A stretch of 64,000 nucleotides of DNA from a virus (taxonomy: Duplodnaviria; Caudoviricetes), in IMG/VR virus record IMGVR_UViG_3300014039_000027, positions 16,713-80,712 of that record; one strand, given 5' to 3'. Below are positions 9,221-19,288 of the stretch, piece by piece. A program made the position numbers and the translations under genes. The notes beneath the pieces were generated by a model. It saw only the letters and a list, made by a program, of their open reading frames with translations, searched no databases and had not been told where the DNA came from. Numbering within the stretch: position 1 is the first letter of the stretch; every line of letters begins with the position of its first letter.

Positions 9221-10027
9221 TTACTTGGCGTCCTTTTCGTTCATGTCCTCAATGATGGCAATAAAGTCGCCCTTCTCGTGTCCCTTGCGTTTGCTCAGCG
9301 CGTTCAGCTTCACCGTGCGCTCCCGCGTCACGTACCGGCTGCCCTGGCGATAGGCATCGGCGTACATCTGCGCCGCCATCACCTTGTGTCCCTCGCACAG
9401 CGCCGGGTAGATGTGCAGCAGCTCATCCCCCAGCTCCACCAGCTTGGCAAACGCCCGCTTGTCCAGCACCTCGCCGGGCTTGTAGTCCACGCCCAGCGCC
9501 TCGCGCTCCTCGTCCGTCAGGCCGCTTACCACCAGCAGCCACCGCTGCGCCATGAACCGGCGGTTCATCTCCGTCAGTATGCGGCTCAGGTCCGGCTTCG
9601 GCACATAAAAGCTCCCTGTCTTTCCCACGATGTTGCCGTACATTCCGCCCTCGCCGAACTGCACCACGTTGTCGTCCGCCACCGGCGCCATCCACAGGAA
9701 ATGTACCTGCTCCGCGCTGGTGCTCACCTGCACGATCTGCGGCGCCGCCTGCTGAGGAATGTTTTTCAGCGCCTCCGCCACGGCGGCGGCAGCGGCCTCT
9801 TTCATCATCTGCTGCACCTGCTCCGCGGTGTACATCACCGGCGCGGCGGGCGCTTCCGGGGCATCAGCCGCCGCCTGCGCGTTCTCCTGCGCCGCAGTGT
9901 TCACGTCCCCGCCCTCGTCGGGAGCGTCCGCGCTCACCTGGGGCGCCAGCATCACCTGGTCCTCCTCGCTCTCCTCCGCTGCGATCTGCGCGGCCAGCTT
10001 GCTTCCGCTTTTCTTCTGCTTACCCAT
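9221..10027 (-). CDS. Hypothetical protein with Ala/Glu-rich low-complexity N-terminus
   Basis: Start MGKQKKSG with AAAGGAG RBS; 268 aa. Confidence 0.65.
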   Translation of the reverse strand: MGKQKKSGSKLAAQIAAEESEEDQVMLAPQVSADAPDEGGDVNTAAQENAQAAADAPEAPAAPVMYTAEQVQQMMKEAAAAAVAEALKNIPQQAAPQIVQVSTSAEQVHFLWMAPVADDNVVQFGEGGMYGNIVGKTGSFYVPKPDLSRILTEMNRRFMAQRWLLVVSGLTDEEREALGVDYKPGEVLDKRAFAKLVELGDELLHIYPALCEGHKVMAAQMYADAYRQGSRYVTRERTVKLNALSKRKGHEKGDFIAIIEDMNEKDAK

Positions 10028-10059
10028 GCTTTCTGCTCCTTTCATATTCCTTTCATGGT

Positions 10060-10395
10060 CTGTTTCTGTCTGCCGCAATGCGTCAAGGCTCCCGCCGCTG
10101 CCCCGTTTACACGTCGGCGCATTGCATACCCTCCGGTCTCCCGGCACTTCCTTTTGAAAAAGTCCCCGCTGGGCCACATCGCTGAGAGGTGCGCGGGGTC
10201 CTATACACAAGCCCGCAGTATTGCGCCTTCCGGCCCGCGGGAATTGTTTTTGCAAGCCGCCTTTTTACACCGGACGGACGGCGTGTCTGCTGGCAACCGT
10301 GTTACTTTTAGGCGCTCAATACACGGATAAAGCGCCAATGCTGACACACTTTCAGGGCGGCGCTATGCCATTGCCCAACGGCAGTGTCCTCCGCT
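10060..10395 (-). ncRNA. Candidate structured non-coding RNA downstream of tRNA-Trp
   Basis: About 330 nt with no credible ORF and several stems (TGCCGTT/AATGGCA, GCGCC/GGCGC, CCGTGT/ACACGG, CCCCGC/GCGGGG). Confidence 0.4.
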
Positions 10396-10397
10396 TT

Positions 10398-10472
10398 TGG
10401 CACGGACGCGAGGACTCGAACCCCGAACTGCGGTTTTGGAGACCGCCGTTTTCCCGCTTAAACTAAATCCGC
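10398..10472 (-). tRNA. tRNA-Trp(CCA)
   Basis: GCGGT-CT CCA AA-ACCGC anticodon arm, GGTTCGAGTCC T arm, G73, encoded CCA; U7.C66 mismatch. Confidence 0.85.
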
Positions 10473-10477
10473 ATATC

Positions 10478-10515
10478 CGGGGAGGGGCTTTCGCCCCTTC
10501 CCCTGTGTGGTTTTT
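10478..10515 (-). terminator. Hairpin after the capsid gene
   Basis: GGGGAGGGG-CTTTCG-CCCCTTCCCC. Confidence 0.5.
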
Positions 10516-10517
10516 CC

Positions 10518-11735
10518 TTACACGGTGAAGTGCGCGATCTTGGACGCAAACGTGGCCACACTGTCCAGGGCGATGGTCAGGTTCAGGCCGATCTCGAAAT
10601 CCCCGGTGCGGGTGGGATCCATCTCAATAGAGATGGGTGTGCCGCTGGTGTAGCCGATGGTCAGCGGCTTTCTGCCGTTGCCCGCCAGCATCCAGATGTC
10701 GTTCTCGCTGAGCATGGTCTCCACGGTGGTGTTCTGGGTGCCGGGGATGATGACATCCCGCATGGGCATCAGGCGCACCGCCATGAACTCGCCCAGGTAG
10801 CCGGCCTTGGTGTAGTCCGCGCCCAGCAGGGTGGCGATAGCGGCGTCCATGTTCACGTTGGTGGAGCCGGTCACGGTGTTGGGCAGGACCTTGCTCAGGG
10901 CCACGGTGCTGCCGGTGGCAAACACGTCGGAGATGGTGGTGTTGTTCAGCGCGGCGATCTTGTTGGCGCCCTTCACCCAGTTCTGATTGTTGAAGGTGAA
11001 GTTCAGGTTGGTGGGGATCAGGCTGGTGTCCTCCGTAGCGGCGGTCATGGCCTCATTCCACATACCCATGGTCTTGGCGTACATACCTGCCACCATGTTG
11101 GCGAAGAAAACGCCGAAGTCCATGTTGGTGCCCACCAGCTGCATCCACTTGGCGGTGATCCAGCAGCTCTTGGGGGTGGGGTTCAGGGTATAGTCGCGGG
11201 AATAGAAGCGGTTGCGCGGCACGCTGCGGCTGGCGCCCCAGCTGGAGTCCTGGAAAACGGGGATGTCGTTGCTGCCGATGCTCACGGCGTAGGTCTGGCC
11301 CAGCTCGATCTCCACGGTCTCGGCGAAGTCGCTCAGCGCCTCGGAGTACACGGCGGGCAGAATGGGGATGATGACCTCCTGCCAGATGCCCTGCAGCACG
11401 GCGTAGAACCGGGCGTTGCCGTAATACTCGCCGCCGTTGCGCTTGAACTCCTCCCAGCTCTCGGGGGCCTTCTTGCCGGTGCTGGCGCAGGCCAGCTTGG
11501 CGGCGTACAGCAGGCTTTCCCGCTGGAACTGCTCGTTCAGCTGCTTGTAGCCCCGGTCGTTCATGGTGCGCTGCACGGGGGTGTTCTGCCCCTTGGCGCT
11601 CAGAACGGCCATCTTGCCCTTCAGGGCGTGTTCATAAAACAGCACGCGGCCCTTGGCCACGATGTCCTCGCGCTGGTCGTTTCCGTTGATGGCGAAAACC
11701 TCGTTGGAAACGCTGTTCAGGTTCAGCTTTGCCAT
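10518..11735 (-). CDS. Major capsid protein
   Basis: 405 aa; follows scaffold/protease-like and decoration genes in canonical head order. Confidence 0.7.
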   Translation of the reverse strand: MAKLNLNSVSNEVFAINGNDQREDIVAKGRVLFYEHALKGKMAVLSAKGQNTPVQRTMNDRGYKQLNEQFQRESLLYAAKLACASTGKKAPESWEEFKRNGGEYYGNARFYAVLQGIWQEVIIPILPAVYSEALSDFAETVEIELGQTYAVSIGSNDIPVFQDSSWGASRSVPRNRFYSRDYTLNPTPKSCWITAKWMQLVGTNMDFGVFFANMVAGMYAKTMGMWNEAMTAATEDTSLIPTNLNFTFNNQNWVKGANKIAALNNTTISDVFATGSTVALSKVLPNTVTGSTNVNMDAAIATLLGADYTKAGYLGEFMAVRLMPMRDVIIPGTQNTTVETMLSENDIWMLAGNGRKPLTIGYTSGTPISIEMDPTRTGDFEIGLNLTIALDSVATFASKIAHFTV

Positions 11736-11758
11736 TTCTTACTCACTCTCCTCTCTCA

Positions 11759-12352
11759 TTAGCCCGCCACGGTGCTGACCTTGCAGGCCCACACGTCGTA
11801 GTACACAAAGCTCTGCACGGTGCCCTCGGTGAAGTTGCCGGTGCCCTTCAGTTTGAAGTAGATGGCGCCGGTAGCGGTGGGGGCGGCAGCGGCGGGTACC
11901 AGCAGGCCGTTGGCGATGGTGAAGATGGTGTTCTCACCAATGGCGCCGTTCACGTTGCCCTCGCCGAAGCGATAGGCGTGCTTGCCGTCAAACACGATCT
12001 CGGTGAAGGTGCCGTCCCGTCCGGCGGGGATGCCCAGCCCCAGGGTGGCGGTGCCCACGGCGTAGTTGTTGCCGTTGCGTCCGCCCAGCATGGGCCACTC
12101 GTAGGTGTTGCAGGCGTACACGCCGGTGTCGGCGTTGGCGTCTGCGCCGGCGGCGCTCATGTAAAAGGCGTTCTCGTTCTTGATGCCCTTGAAGCCCGCG
12201 CAGGGCAGCTGCTCGCCGCGCACCACCAGCAGGCCCGCGGAGCAGTCCGCGTCCGCCTCGGACACCTGATAGCGTCCCGTGATGTTGCACAGTTCGTTGA
12301 ACTCGTTGTTGGTGATCCGCGGCTCAAACGCGGTTTTCTCGATGTATGCCAT
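11759..12352 (-). CDS. Probable capsid decoration/cement protein
   Basis: 197 aa, beta-rich, between scaffold and capsid genes. Confidence 0.55.
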   Translation of the reverse strand: MAYIEKTAFEPRITNNEFNELCNITGRYQVSEADADCSAGLLVVRGEQLPCAGFKGIKNENAFYMSAAGADANADTGVYACNTYEWPMLGGRNGNNYAVGTATLGLGIPAGRDGTFTEIVFDGKHAYRFGEGNVNGAIGENTIFTIANGLLVPAAAAPTATGAIYFKLKGTGNFTEGTVQSFVYYDVWACKVSTVAG

Positions 12353-12375
12353 GTTCGTTCACTCTCCTTTTCGTT

Positions 12376-13767
12376 TTACTTGCCGGCGTCGATGCCCCAC
12401 TTGTTCAGCAGAGCGTCCACACCCTCGCTGCCCTCGCCGCTGTTGCCGGCGATATGCTCCCAGGCGTAGGTGGTCTTGCGCTTCTGTGCGCTGCGCTTGT
12501 CGCTCTCCATCACGGCCTCGCCGCACACGGCCAGCACCGCCTCGCGCACCAGCTTCTCGCCCAGCCACGCGCCGTCCTTGTCGCAGCTGTTGGCGTACAG
12601 ACCGGACTCGATGTTCTCGTTCACGGCCTTGATGGCCTCCTCCGCCACCTTCTCCTCGCGGTTGGCGTTGAACGCCTCCAGCGTGGCCTTGGCGGTATTC
12701 TTGCAGGCGCTCAGCCGGCGCTTGCTCTCCGCCTCCTGCATGGCGCGGATCTGCTCGTTGGCAGCCTCCAGCTTGGCGTTCAGGCTCTTCACCTCGCCGT
12801 CGGTCTCCTTCACGGAGGCCACGGTGTAGTCCACCACGTCCGCCACATCGGCGTTCAGCTCCACCTCGCCCACGCTCAGCACGATGTGCGCCGCGCAGGG
12901 GGCGATCTTGCTGGCGATCACCTCGCCGTTGTCGTCCGCGTTGAAGGTGTAGCCGAAAAGATTGCCGGAAGCGTCCAGCAGCGCCACGTTCAGCCCGTCC
13001 TCGCTCATGGAGAGCACCTTGTGGTGGGGGAACTTGGTCTGCATCTGCTCCATCGCTCTCTTGTTCATGTTGCTTTTCACTCCTTTTTTCGTGTTTTTGT
13101 CGTTTCCGTTGCCCTCGCTGCCCTCTGCGGCTGTGTGCAGCGATGCGGCCCGCAGTTTCAATTCCTTAAATTCCTCCTGCATGGCCGCCAGTCTTGCGAT
13201 GCTCGCTCCCGGTATCGCCGGGTTCACCCTGTCTCCCAGAATGGTCACGCCTATGCCCGCCCATTTGGTAAACACGTCCACATCGCCCTCTTTGTGGCTC
13301 TCCGACACCATTGTCTCGGCGGAAACGTCCATCGTGCCCTGTTTCACGATCTTCCGCGTCAGCTCCGGGGCGTAAAAGGCAAACAGTCTCCCCTTCGCTC
13401 TGAGCCATGTATGACCGCCCCTCTCCACAAGGGTAAAGTCCTTTTCGTCGTCGGACAGCGTTCCCACGATGCGCTCCGCCGTCCCGTCCATGAAGGATTG
13501 GTACTCCTCCCCGGTCTGGGGGTCCCGGCGCTTGCTCATGTTGTGTCCGTCCCCCACCTGCTGCCCCACATAGGCGATCAGAATGGGCTGCCCGATGAAG
13601 GTCTTGTAGTACTTGTCCAAATTCTTGTACGACCAGTTGTTCCGATTTGGATCTTCTCTCATTACCCAGAGTTCGACACCAAATTCGTATTCACTGAGTC
13701 TTTGCAAAACCTTTAGAGACCCCGTTGCACGAGTCTTTTGGGGAATTTGCTTTGTCTTGATTCCCAT
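12376..13767 (-). CDS. Probable prohead protease/scaffold fusion
   Basis: N-terminal globular domain (DPNRNNWSY, GHNMS, VSAET, GVTILG) plus C-terminal coiled coil; GGAGG RBS at MGIKTK. Confidence 0.6.
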   Translation of the reverse strand: MGIKTKQIPQKTRATGSLKVLQRLSEYEFGVELWVMREDPNRNNWSYKNLDKYYKTFIGQPILIAYVGQQVGDGHNMSKRRDPQTGEEYQSFMDGTAERIVGTLSDDEKDFTLVERGGHTWLRAKGRLFAFYAPELTRKIVKQGTMDVSAETMVSESHKEGDVDVFTKWAGIGVTILGDRVNPAIPGASIARLAAMQEEFKELKLRAASLHTAAEGSEGNGNDKNTKKGVKSNMNKRAMEQMQTKFPHHKVLSMSEDGLNVALLDASGNLFGYTFNADDNGEVIASKIAPCAAHIVLSVGEVELNADVADVVDYTVASVKETDGEVKSLNAKLEAANEQIRAMQEAESKRRLSACKNTAKATLEAFNANREEKVAEEAIKAVNENIESGLYANSCDKDGAWLGEKLVREAVLAVCGEAVMESDKRSAQKRKTTYAWEHIAGNSGEGSEGVDALLNKWGIDAGK

Positions 13768-13768
13768 G

Positions 13769-14467
13769 TCACTCCCTCCTATGAATTTGCTTGTTTGCCG
13801 CCTGCTCCTGCCACGTTGCCCAGCGGACATTCCCCGGTTCGTAGTCCCCGTCAACATTGATTCTGTCAATGGTCATCCCCGGCTCTCCGTAATGCGGCAA
13901 TCTGCAAACGTAGTCGTAAAACGCTTCAAAACTGTCGCGCCATTCTTCGCAGACTCGGATGCCCCTGCCGCCATACCACTTGTATGCAGCGGCGTTTGGA
14001 TTTCCACACCGGTGCTTCATTCCGCACCATACGCCGTATATCTTTTCGGCAGACATTCCGTGCGTTGTAACTTTCTCTGCCGTCAATCGCGTTTCTACGC
14101 TCTTGCATCCGCAGCTCTGAGATGCTCCAAAATTCAACGCGCCGGTATGGACTACCGAAGTCCGCCCGCAATCGCAAATACAGTTCCATGCGGAGTTCCC
14201 TGCGTAAGAAAGAACCGTCAGTCGTCCAAACCGCCTACCGATCAGATTTTCTTTAGGCCCCTGCTCAAGTTTTGCGTTACGCTGCAATCTTTTTGCATCG
14301 CAACCGCAAGAGCGCGTCCCTCCGCTATTCAAGCTATCCGTTCGTACCGCTTTTTCTTTGCCGCACTCACACTTACACAGCCAGTATTTTTTACCCGCAG
14401 GGCGAATCAGTGTCCAAAGTCCATAGCGCTCTCCCGGCGCATTTTTTCTCGGTCTGCCCATATTCAA
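13769..14467 (-). CDS. Free-standing HNH-type homing endonuclease (paralogue 2)
   Basis: WLCKCECG..SCGC repeats; YGGRGIRVCEEW; TIDRINVDGDYEPGNVRW. Confidence 0.8.
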   Translation of the reverse strand: MNMGRPRKNAPGERYGLWTLIRPAGKKYWLCKCECGKEKAVRTDSLNSGGTRSCGCDAKRLQRNAKLEQGPKENLIGRRFGRLTVLSYAGNSAWNCICDCGRTSVVHTGALNFGASQSCGCKSVETRLTAEKVTTHGMSAEKIYGVWCGMKHRCGNPNAAAYKWYGGRGIRVCEEWRDSFEAFYDYVCRLPHYGEPGMTIDRINVDGDYEPGNVRWATWQEQAANKQIHRRE

Positions 14468-14559
14468 TTACCGCCTTTCGTAATCAGCCTTCTTTTCGAA
14501 ACAAGGGGAAGGCGGCAAGGCTAACCGCTTTTCGGGAGCTACCCTATCCCCATGTTTTT

Positions 14560-15093
14560 TCACTCATTGCCGCCTTCAAACAGTTCTCTGCACCAGCTGT
14601 CAAAGGTGGCGCGGCTCATCTGCCCGTTGTCCCACATGGTCCAGGCGTCCAGCAGCTTGCGCCGATCGTCGGTGTTGGCGATCTGCAGCTCCTCCGCCTT
14701 CAGCGCAAGCGCGTTGAACTCCCCGTCCGCCGCTGCACGGATAAAGCCGCCCAGCGCCTCGTTGATGCCGTCCACAATGGCCACGCACACCTCGAATACC
14801 CGGTCCAGGTCGTTGTCCAGCTCCTCGTCCAGCTCCGGCGTTCCGGGGTACATCAGCCGCAGGTGGTAGTCGTGGGGTATCTCCGCGAACTCGTCTATCC
14901 TCTCCGGCTGCCTGTGCTCCAGTTTGTGTATGGCGTCCGACAAAAACGGCATCCCCATGTCGCACAGCACTCGGTCCTTGATGTCTGCGAACCACTTTTC
15001 CCCGTTGCCGTAGGCTTCCATCACCCGGCGCATGGGTTCTTTTATGGGCGCGAACCGGGGGTTATCCCAGCTGGCGTATTCCTGTGCTCTCAT
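14560..15093 (-). CDS. Helical hypothetical protein, possibly ferritin-like
   Basis: 177 aa, all-helical pattern, HKLEHRQPERIDEFAE; GGAGTGAGG RBS. Confidence 0.5.
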   Translation of the reverse strand: MRAQEYASWDNPRFAPIKEPMRRVMEAYGNGEKWFADIKDRVLCDMGMPFLSDAIHKLEHRQPERIDEFAEIPHDYHLRLMYPGTPELDEELDNDLDRVFEVCVAIVDGINEALGGFIRAAADGEFNALALKAEELQIANTDDRRKLLDAWTMWDNGQMSRATFDSWCRELFEGGNE

Positions 15094-15237
15094 GTCCTCA
15101 CTCCCTCTCTCCGCAAAATGAAAATGGAGCCGCAGCCGGTGTTCTCCACTGGCGCAGCCCCATTTGGCCCTTCTCGCAGTCCCTTTACCGCGATTATTCG
15201 TTTTTCGGTCCCCACTGTCGCAGGGGCTCTCGCCGCC

Positions 15238-15414
15238 CTATCGCTCTGTCGGCAGCGGCATGGCCGCGCCTTTCTTTTTCTTCACCGTGTGCACGGTGTG
15301 TGCCTTTATGGCCAGCCCGTCCGCCGTCCGGCGTATCTCCACGTCGTTGCCGCGGGCCAGTTCCCGGTTGATCTCGTGCAGGTCGTCCGCCGTCAGTATC
15401 GCCGTCATGCTCAT
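15238..15414 (-). CDS. Small hypothetical protein
   Basis: MSMTAILTADDLHEINRELARGNDVEIRRT; GAGAGG RBS. Confidence 0.55.
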   Translation of the reverse strand: MSMTAILTADDLHEINRELARGNDVEIRRTADGLAIKAHTVHTVKKKKGAAMPLPTER

Positions 15415-15418
15415 CCTC

Positions 15419-17221
15419 TCAGTCTCCCGCGTCCTCTGACGCTTCCTGTCCCTCGGTCCCCGGCGCTCCCTCCGATGCCGGTCTCCCTCCGGGGTCTGTC
15501 GCTCTTTTGGCCTCCGGCGTCTGACCACCGTTTCCATTTCCGCCGTTCTTTGTCTCCGTGAATGTGGAACTAAGCGGTTTTCTCAGGTCCATGATCCCGG
15601 ATTCCGTCACCGCGCGGCTTATGGACATATCATCCAGCAGGGACATATTGTTCATAGCCAAATATTTCAGCGTTGCCGGCAATATGCCCAGCGTCATATC
15701 TTTTCTCAGGCTTTCTCTCAAATCATTGTCCGTGGCAATGTCCCCGAAACACTCAAATCGCCAGGAAAATTTCAGGTTCAGCCCGTCCATGATGCCCTGC
15801 ATCATGCGCTCGTAGCAGCGGTATATCTGCTCAGCGAATTTGCTCTCTATCTGCAAGCTGATGTTCGCCACACCCGCCCGCGGCTCGTCGCTGGTGGGTA
15901 TCAGGGCAGAAAGGCCCGCCTTCGCCATGGTGTAACCGTACCCGGCGGAGCTTATCTTTGTGGCGCTGGGCGCCTCGGCCAGCTGGTGCAGCGACATATT
16001 TTTCAGCGGCGCTGCGTACCAGCCTATGCCGCTGGTGTTGTTCTCCGCCAGCTCGTCGTAGAACCGCGTGCGGAAAAGCTCCCACCCCGCGTTGCTCAGC
16101 TTGTAGGCGTCGGACAGATTGCGGTTGCTGTCGTCCGCGTACTCTATCTCGCCCGTCAGCAGCGAGATCAGCGGGTTCTGTACCAGCTCCAGCTGTATCT
16201 GCTCGTACTGCGCGATCTGTATAAACGACAGGAAAAGCCCCGTCAGCGGCGATACCACCGCCGTCTGCGCGTCGTCTATCTCGAAGGGGTATACAGCGTC
16301 CACCGGCAGTGTCACCCAGTAGCACCACTTCCCGTTCTGATAGTACACGTCCGGGTCTCCCGGCAGCAGTCCGCCGTCACGCTCCGCCGCCGTTTTCAGC
16401 GCCGCAAACTTGTTCATGTTGATGGTGTTCTTCGCCGCGTATACATACCGGGTGCCCGCGCCCTTGGGCGGCCTTGCCGCCACCTGGGTGAATATCCCCC
16501 AGTACGGCTTAAACAGGTCTCCGAACTGCGCCGGTTCGCACCCCGGCTTCATGAAGTACATCATGTTGAAGGCCACCGTGTACTTCGACACACTGTTGAA
16601 CCCCACGATCTTTACCCAGTCGCTGGGCAGCTGCTGCATAAAGGCGTAGTTCACCTTGTTGTGGGGCTTGTCCACGCTTACGCGGGGGTAGTAGAATACC
16701 TTGCCCTCCTGCACCGCCTGTCCCGCCAGCTTATGGGCGGTGGCCTTTACGTCCATTTTCCGCCGCAGCTTCTCCAGCAGCTTCCACTCCCGCCAGAACT
16801 CGTCGTTCTTCGCCGTGTCCTTGTCGGTGAACTCCGGCGCGATGTAGCTGTGGTATGTCAGCAGATCCTGGTACATCTTCCGGGTGTGGAAAAGCGGGTA
16901 CGCGGTAAATTCCAGCCCGTGCTCCACCTGCCGCAGCCCCTGCTCGTTGCCCAGGGGGGCGGTCAGCATCTCCGCCACCTTGTTTTTCGTAAAGTCCTCC
17001 GGCAGCGAGGATATGGCCTGTACGCGGCGGTTCTGAATGTAGGGGTTCGCCCGCGCCGCCTGGCTCATGCTCACCCTGCTGAAGGCGCTGGCCAGCGCCC
17101 CTGCCGGCATATTGCCGTACTGCTCCGCCAGCGCGTTGAACCTCTTGAATATGTCGGGGTAGGTGCCGCAGGCCACGCTCTGCAATTCACTTGTCAGGTT
17201 TCTCCGCTTCTCCTGCTCCAT
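15419..17221 (-). CDS. Portal protein
   Basis: 600 aa, immediately downstream of the terminase and upstream of the head genes. Confidence 0.7.
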   Translation of the reverse strand: MEQEKRRNLTSELQSVACGTYPDIFKRFNALAEQYGNMPAGALASAFSRVSMSQAARANPYIQNRRVQAISSLPEDFTKNKVAEMLTAPLGNEQGLRQVEHGLEFTAYPLFHTRKMYQDLLTYHSYIAPEFTDKDTAKNDEFWREWKLLEKLRRKMDVKATAHKLAGQAVQEGKVFYYPRVSVDKPHNKVNYAFMQQLPSDWVKIVGFNSVSKYTVAFNMMYFMKPGCEPAQFGDLFKPYWGIFTQVAARPPKGAGTRYVYAAKNTINMNKFAALKTAAERDGGLLPGDPDVYYQNGKWCYWVTLPVDAVYPFEIDDAQTAVVSPLTGLFLSFIQIAQYEQIQLELVQNPLISLLTGEIEYADDSNRNLSDAYKLSNAGWELFRTRFYDELAENNTSGIGWYAAPLKNMSLHQLAEAPSATKISSAGYGYTMAKAGLSALIPTSDEPRAGVANISLQIESKFAEQIYRCYERMMQGIMDGLNLKFSWRFECFGDIATDNDLRESLRKDMTLGILPATLKYLAMNNMSLLDDMSISRAVTESGIMDLRKPLSSTFTETKNGGNGNGGQTPEAKRATDPGGRPASEGAPGTEGQEASEDAGD

Positions 17222-17558
17222 GCGCCGCCTCCTCGTCTATGCGGGAGCGTTCCTTTTCCAGCTCCCTCTCCCACGCATCCAGCAGCTCGTTCAGCCGCTT
17301 CTGCGTGTCAGCCCTGTTCTTCTTCACGCCGTCCGCCAGCGCCGCCGCTATGCAGTCCGCCAGCCACAGCCGGTCTCGCTCCGTCAGGCGCTTCAATTCC
17401 GCGCCCCGTATCTCCACCGTTTGTATCTTTTTCGGCGCCGCAGTGCGGTACAGCAGCATATATCCCGCCGTTATCCGCACAAAGCGTTCCTTCTCCGCCA
17501 GCGCCACGGTCTCTCCTGTCACCCGCGCCGCGTATAGCTTGTACTTCCTTGCCGCCAT
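17187..17558 (-). CDS. Hypothetical protein
   Basis: 123-aa ORF coupled to terL and portal. Confidence 0.6.
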   Translation of the reverse strand: MAARKYKLYAARVTGETVALAEKERFVRITAGYMLLYRTAAPKKIQTVEIRGAELKRLTERDRLWLADCIAAALADGVKKNRADTQKRLNELLDAWERELEKERSRIDEEAAHGAGEAEKPDK

Positions 17559-17559
17559 T

Positions 17560-19212
17560 TCAGCATATCCTCCCGCCGCGCCGCGCCGTCACCGTGCGGC
17601 CTCCCGCGCCCGTCGCCGCCGTTCTGTGCTGGGCGGCTACGCGGTTTTTGTATTTTGCCAGCTCCTCGTCCCAGTCGCTCTTGTGCCGCACCGCCTGTGC
17701 CAGCTCCTCGCGCTCCAGTATCTGCGCCACCCGCAGCGCATATTTCAGCGCCGACCATATATCGCGCTGTATGTGCTTGGATATGCGCTCCTCTTTCTGT
17801 GTGGTGCCGCTGGCCACCTTTTTCAGGTTCTGTATCTGCCCCACCAGCTCGCGGGTCTTTATGTAGGGGTCTGCCAGCATGGCGTCCATGCTGTCGTCCT
17901 TGATCCGGTGATACTTCTTGTAGTTCTCCACGCCCTCGTTCACGTTGGAGCACAGCAGCTCCACGTTTCGGTTCTCAAACTGCAGCTCCGCGTACCGCAC
18001 CATCTCCGCGTCCGGGTCGGTCACGCCCGCGCCGCCCGCTTTGATGGGGTACAGGCACGGCACGGCGTTCTCCTGCTCCAGCTCCGTGAAGCTTGCGTGG
18101 TTCCGCACGCACAGCGGCGCAAGGCCGTCGCCCAGGTCCATCATCAGGTTCTCCACCACGCTGGTGCCGTACTGCCATGCGTCTATGGCCAGATAGGTAG
18201 GCGCTCCGCCGTCGCAGCAGAACCGGCTCCACACGTCCTTGATGCGCTGGGCCTGCATCATGCTCTTCACCGGCGGGTTCCACACGTCCACATAGACCAC
18301 CTGCTTCAAATAGCGGTCCCGCTTCAGCCAGTCCGTCTGTCTCGTGCATTTCAGCACCACGCAGGCGCATTTCGCGTTCTTCTTATCGTCGGCGTAGCTC
18401 ACGTCGTACCCCACGATGTAGATCACGTCCTCCGGCTTCAGTTTGTTGCCCACGTCGTAGGCGCAGTGCCGGTTCTCCGCGATCATCAGCTTTCGGCTCT
18501 CCGTCAGCACCTCGTCCCGCACGATGGGATTGCTGTCCGCCCCGGTATAGCGTGATTCCATTTCGCGCATCCATCGCTCCGGTGTCAGCTTCGTCCGCAG
18601 CTTCTGTGCCCAGGAGTAGGGCCGCATTTGCTGCAAAACTACGCATTGCCACGGCACGTCCATGGTAAAGGCGCTTTCCCCGCGTCCCATCTCCTTCATC
18701 ACCTCACAGCGGACTTGAAATGCGTGGTTCTGCTTCCGCCCTGCGCTGGTGATAGAGTGGTTTTTATAGGCCACAAAGTTTGGATCGGGTTCCCCGTTCA
18801 CGTTGTGCCGCAGACGTACTGCCGGCAGCACAACGGTGGTGTATTCGTCAAAATCGAAAGCGGGCTGTTCTTCCTGCGCGAACTCCTCTGCGGTAGCCGC
18901 GTGCAGGTTGTCGCCGCGCTTTTCTCCGATGTAAAAGGCGCTGCCGTAATCGGTCTCTATCTTGAAGTCGTCCTTGCTCTCCGCCGTCACCCGCCAGTGC
19001 TTCGCAAGCGCTGAGTAGTCATGCTCTATGGCGTGGAACGTCTTTCCGCCTATGGACGCCAGCTGCTTCAGCGAAGGCCCGGTATATATCACCTGCGTCC
19101 CCGGCCACGCGACACCATTCATCATTTCGGAGATCATCTTGGTGTACGTCTTGGTCATGCCTCGCGTACCCGTTATCGCCACGTCCGTATACCGGGCATA
19201 GGCTCTCAGCAT
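17560..19212 (-). CDS. terL: Terminase large subunit, main part
   Basis: Walker A-like TGTRGMTKT, Walker B-like ATAEEFA, ITSAG coupling motif, nuclease YIVGYDVS, YLAIDAWQYG, QRDIWSALKYA. Confidence 0.85.
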   Translation of the reverse strand: MLRAYARYTDVAITGTRGMTKTYTKMISEMMNGVAWPGTQVIYTGPSLKQLASIGGKTFHAIEHDYSALAKHWRVTAESKDDFKIETDYGSAFYIGEKRGDNLHAATAEEFAQEEQPAFDFDEYTTVVLPAVRLRHNVNGEPDPNFVAYKNHSITSAGRKQNHAFQVRCEVMKEMGRGESAFTMDVPWQCVVLQQMRPYSWAQKLRTKLTPERWMREMESRYTGADSNPIVRDEVLTESRKLMIAENRHCAYDVGNKLKPEDVIYIVGYDVSYADDKKNAKCACVVLKCTRQTDWLKRDRYLKQVVYVDVWNPPVKSMMQAQRIKDVWSRFCCDGGAPTYLAIDAWQYGTSVVENLMMDLGDGLAPLCVRNHASFTELEQENAVPCLYPIKAGGAGVTDPDAEMVRYAELQFENRNVELLCSNVNEGVENYKKYHRIKDDSMDAMLADPYIKTRELVGQIQNLKKVASGTTQKEERISKHIQRDIWSALKYALRVAQILEREELAQAVRHKSDWDEELAKYKNRVAAQHRTAATGAGGRTVTARRGGRIC

Positions 19213-19288
19213 GATCCGCTGTACGATCTCCAGCGTCTTGAAGTCGCTGTCATCGCTCCGCAGGATGTCCGCCAGTTTGTCAGGGCAA

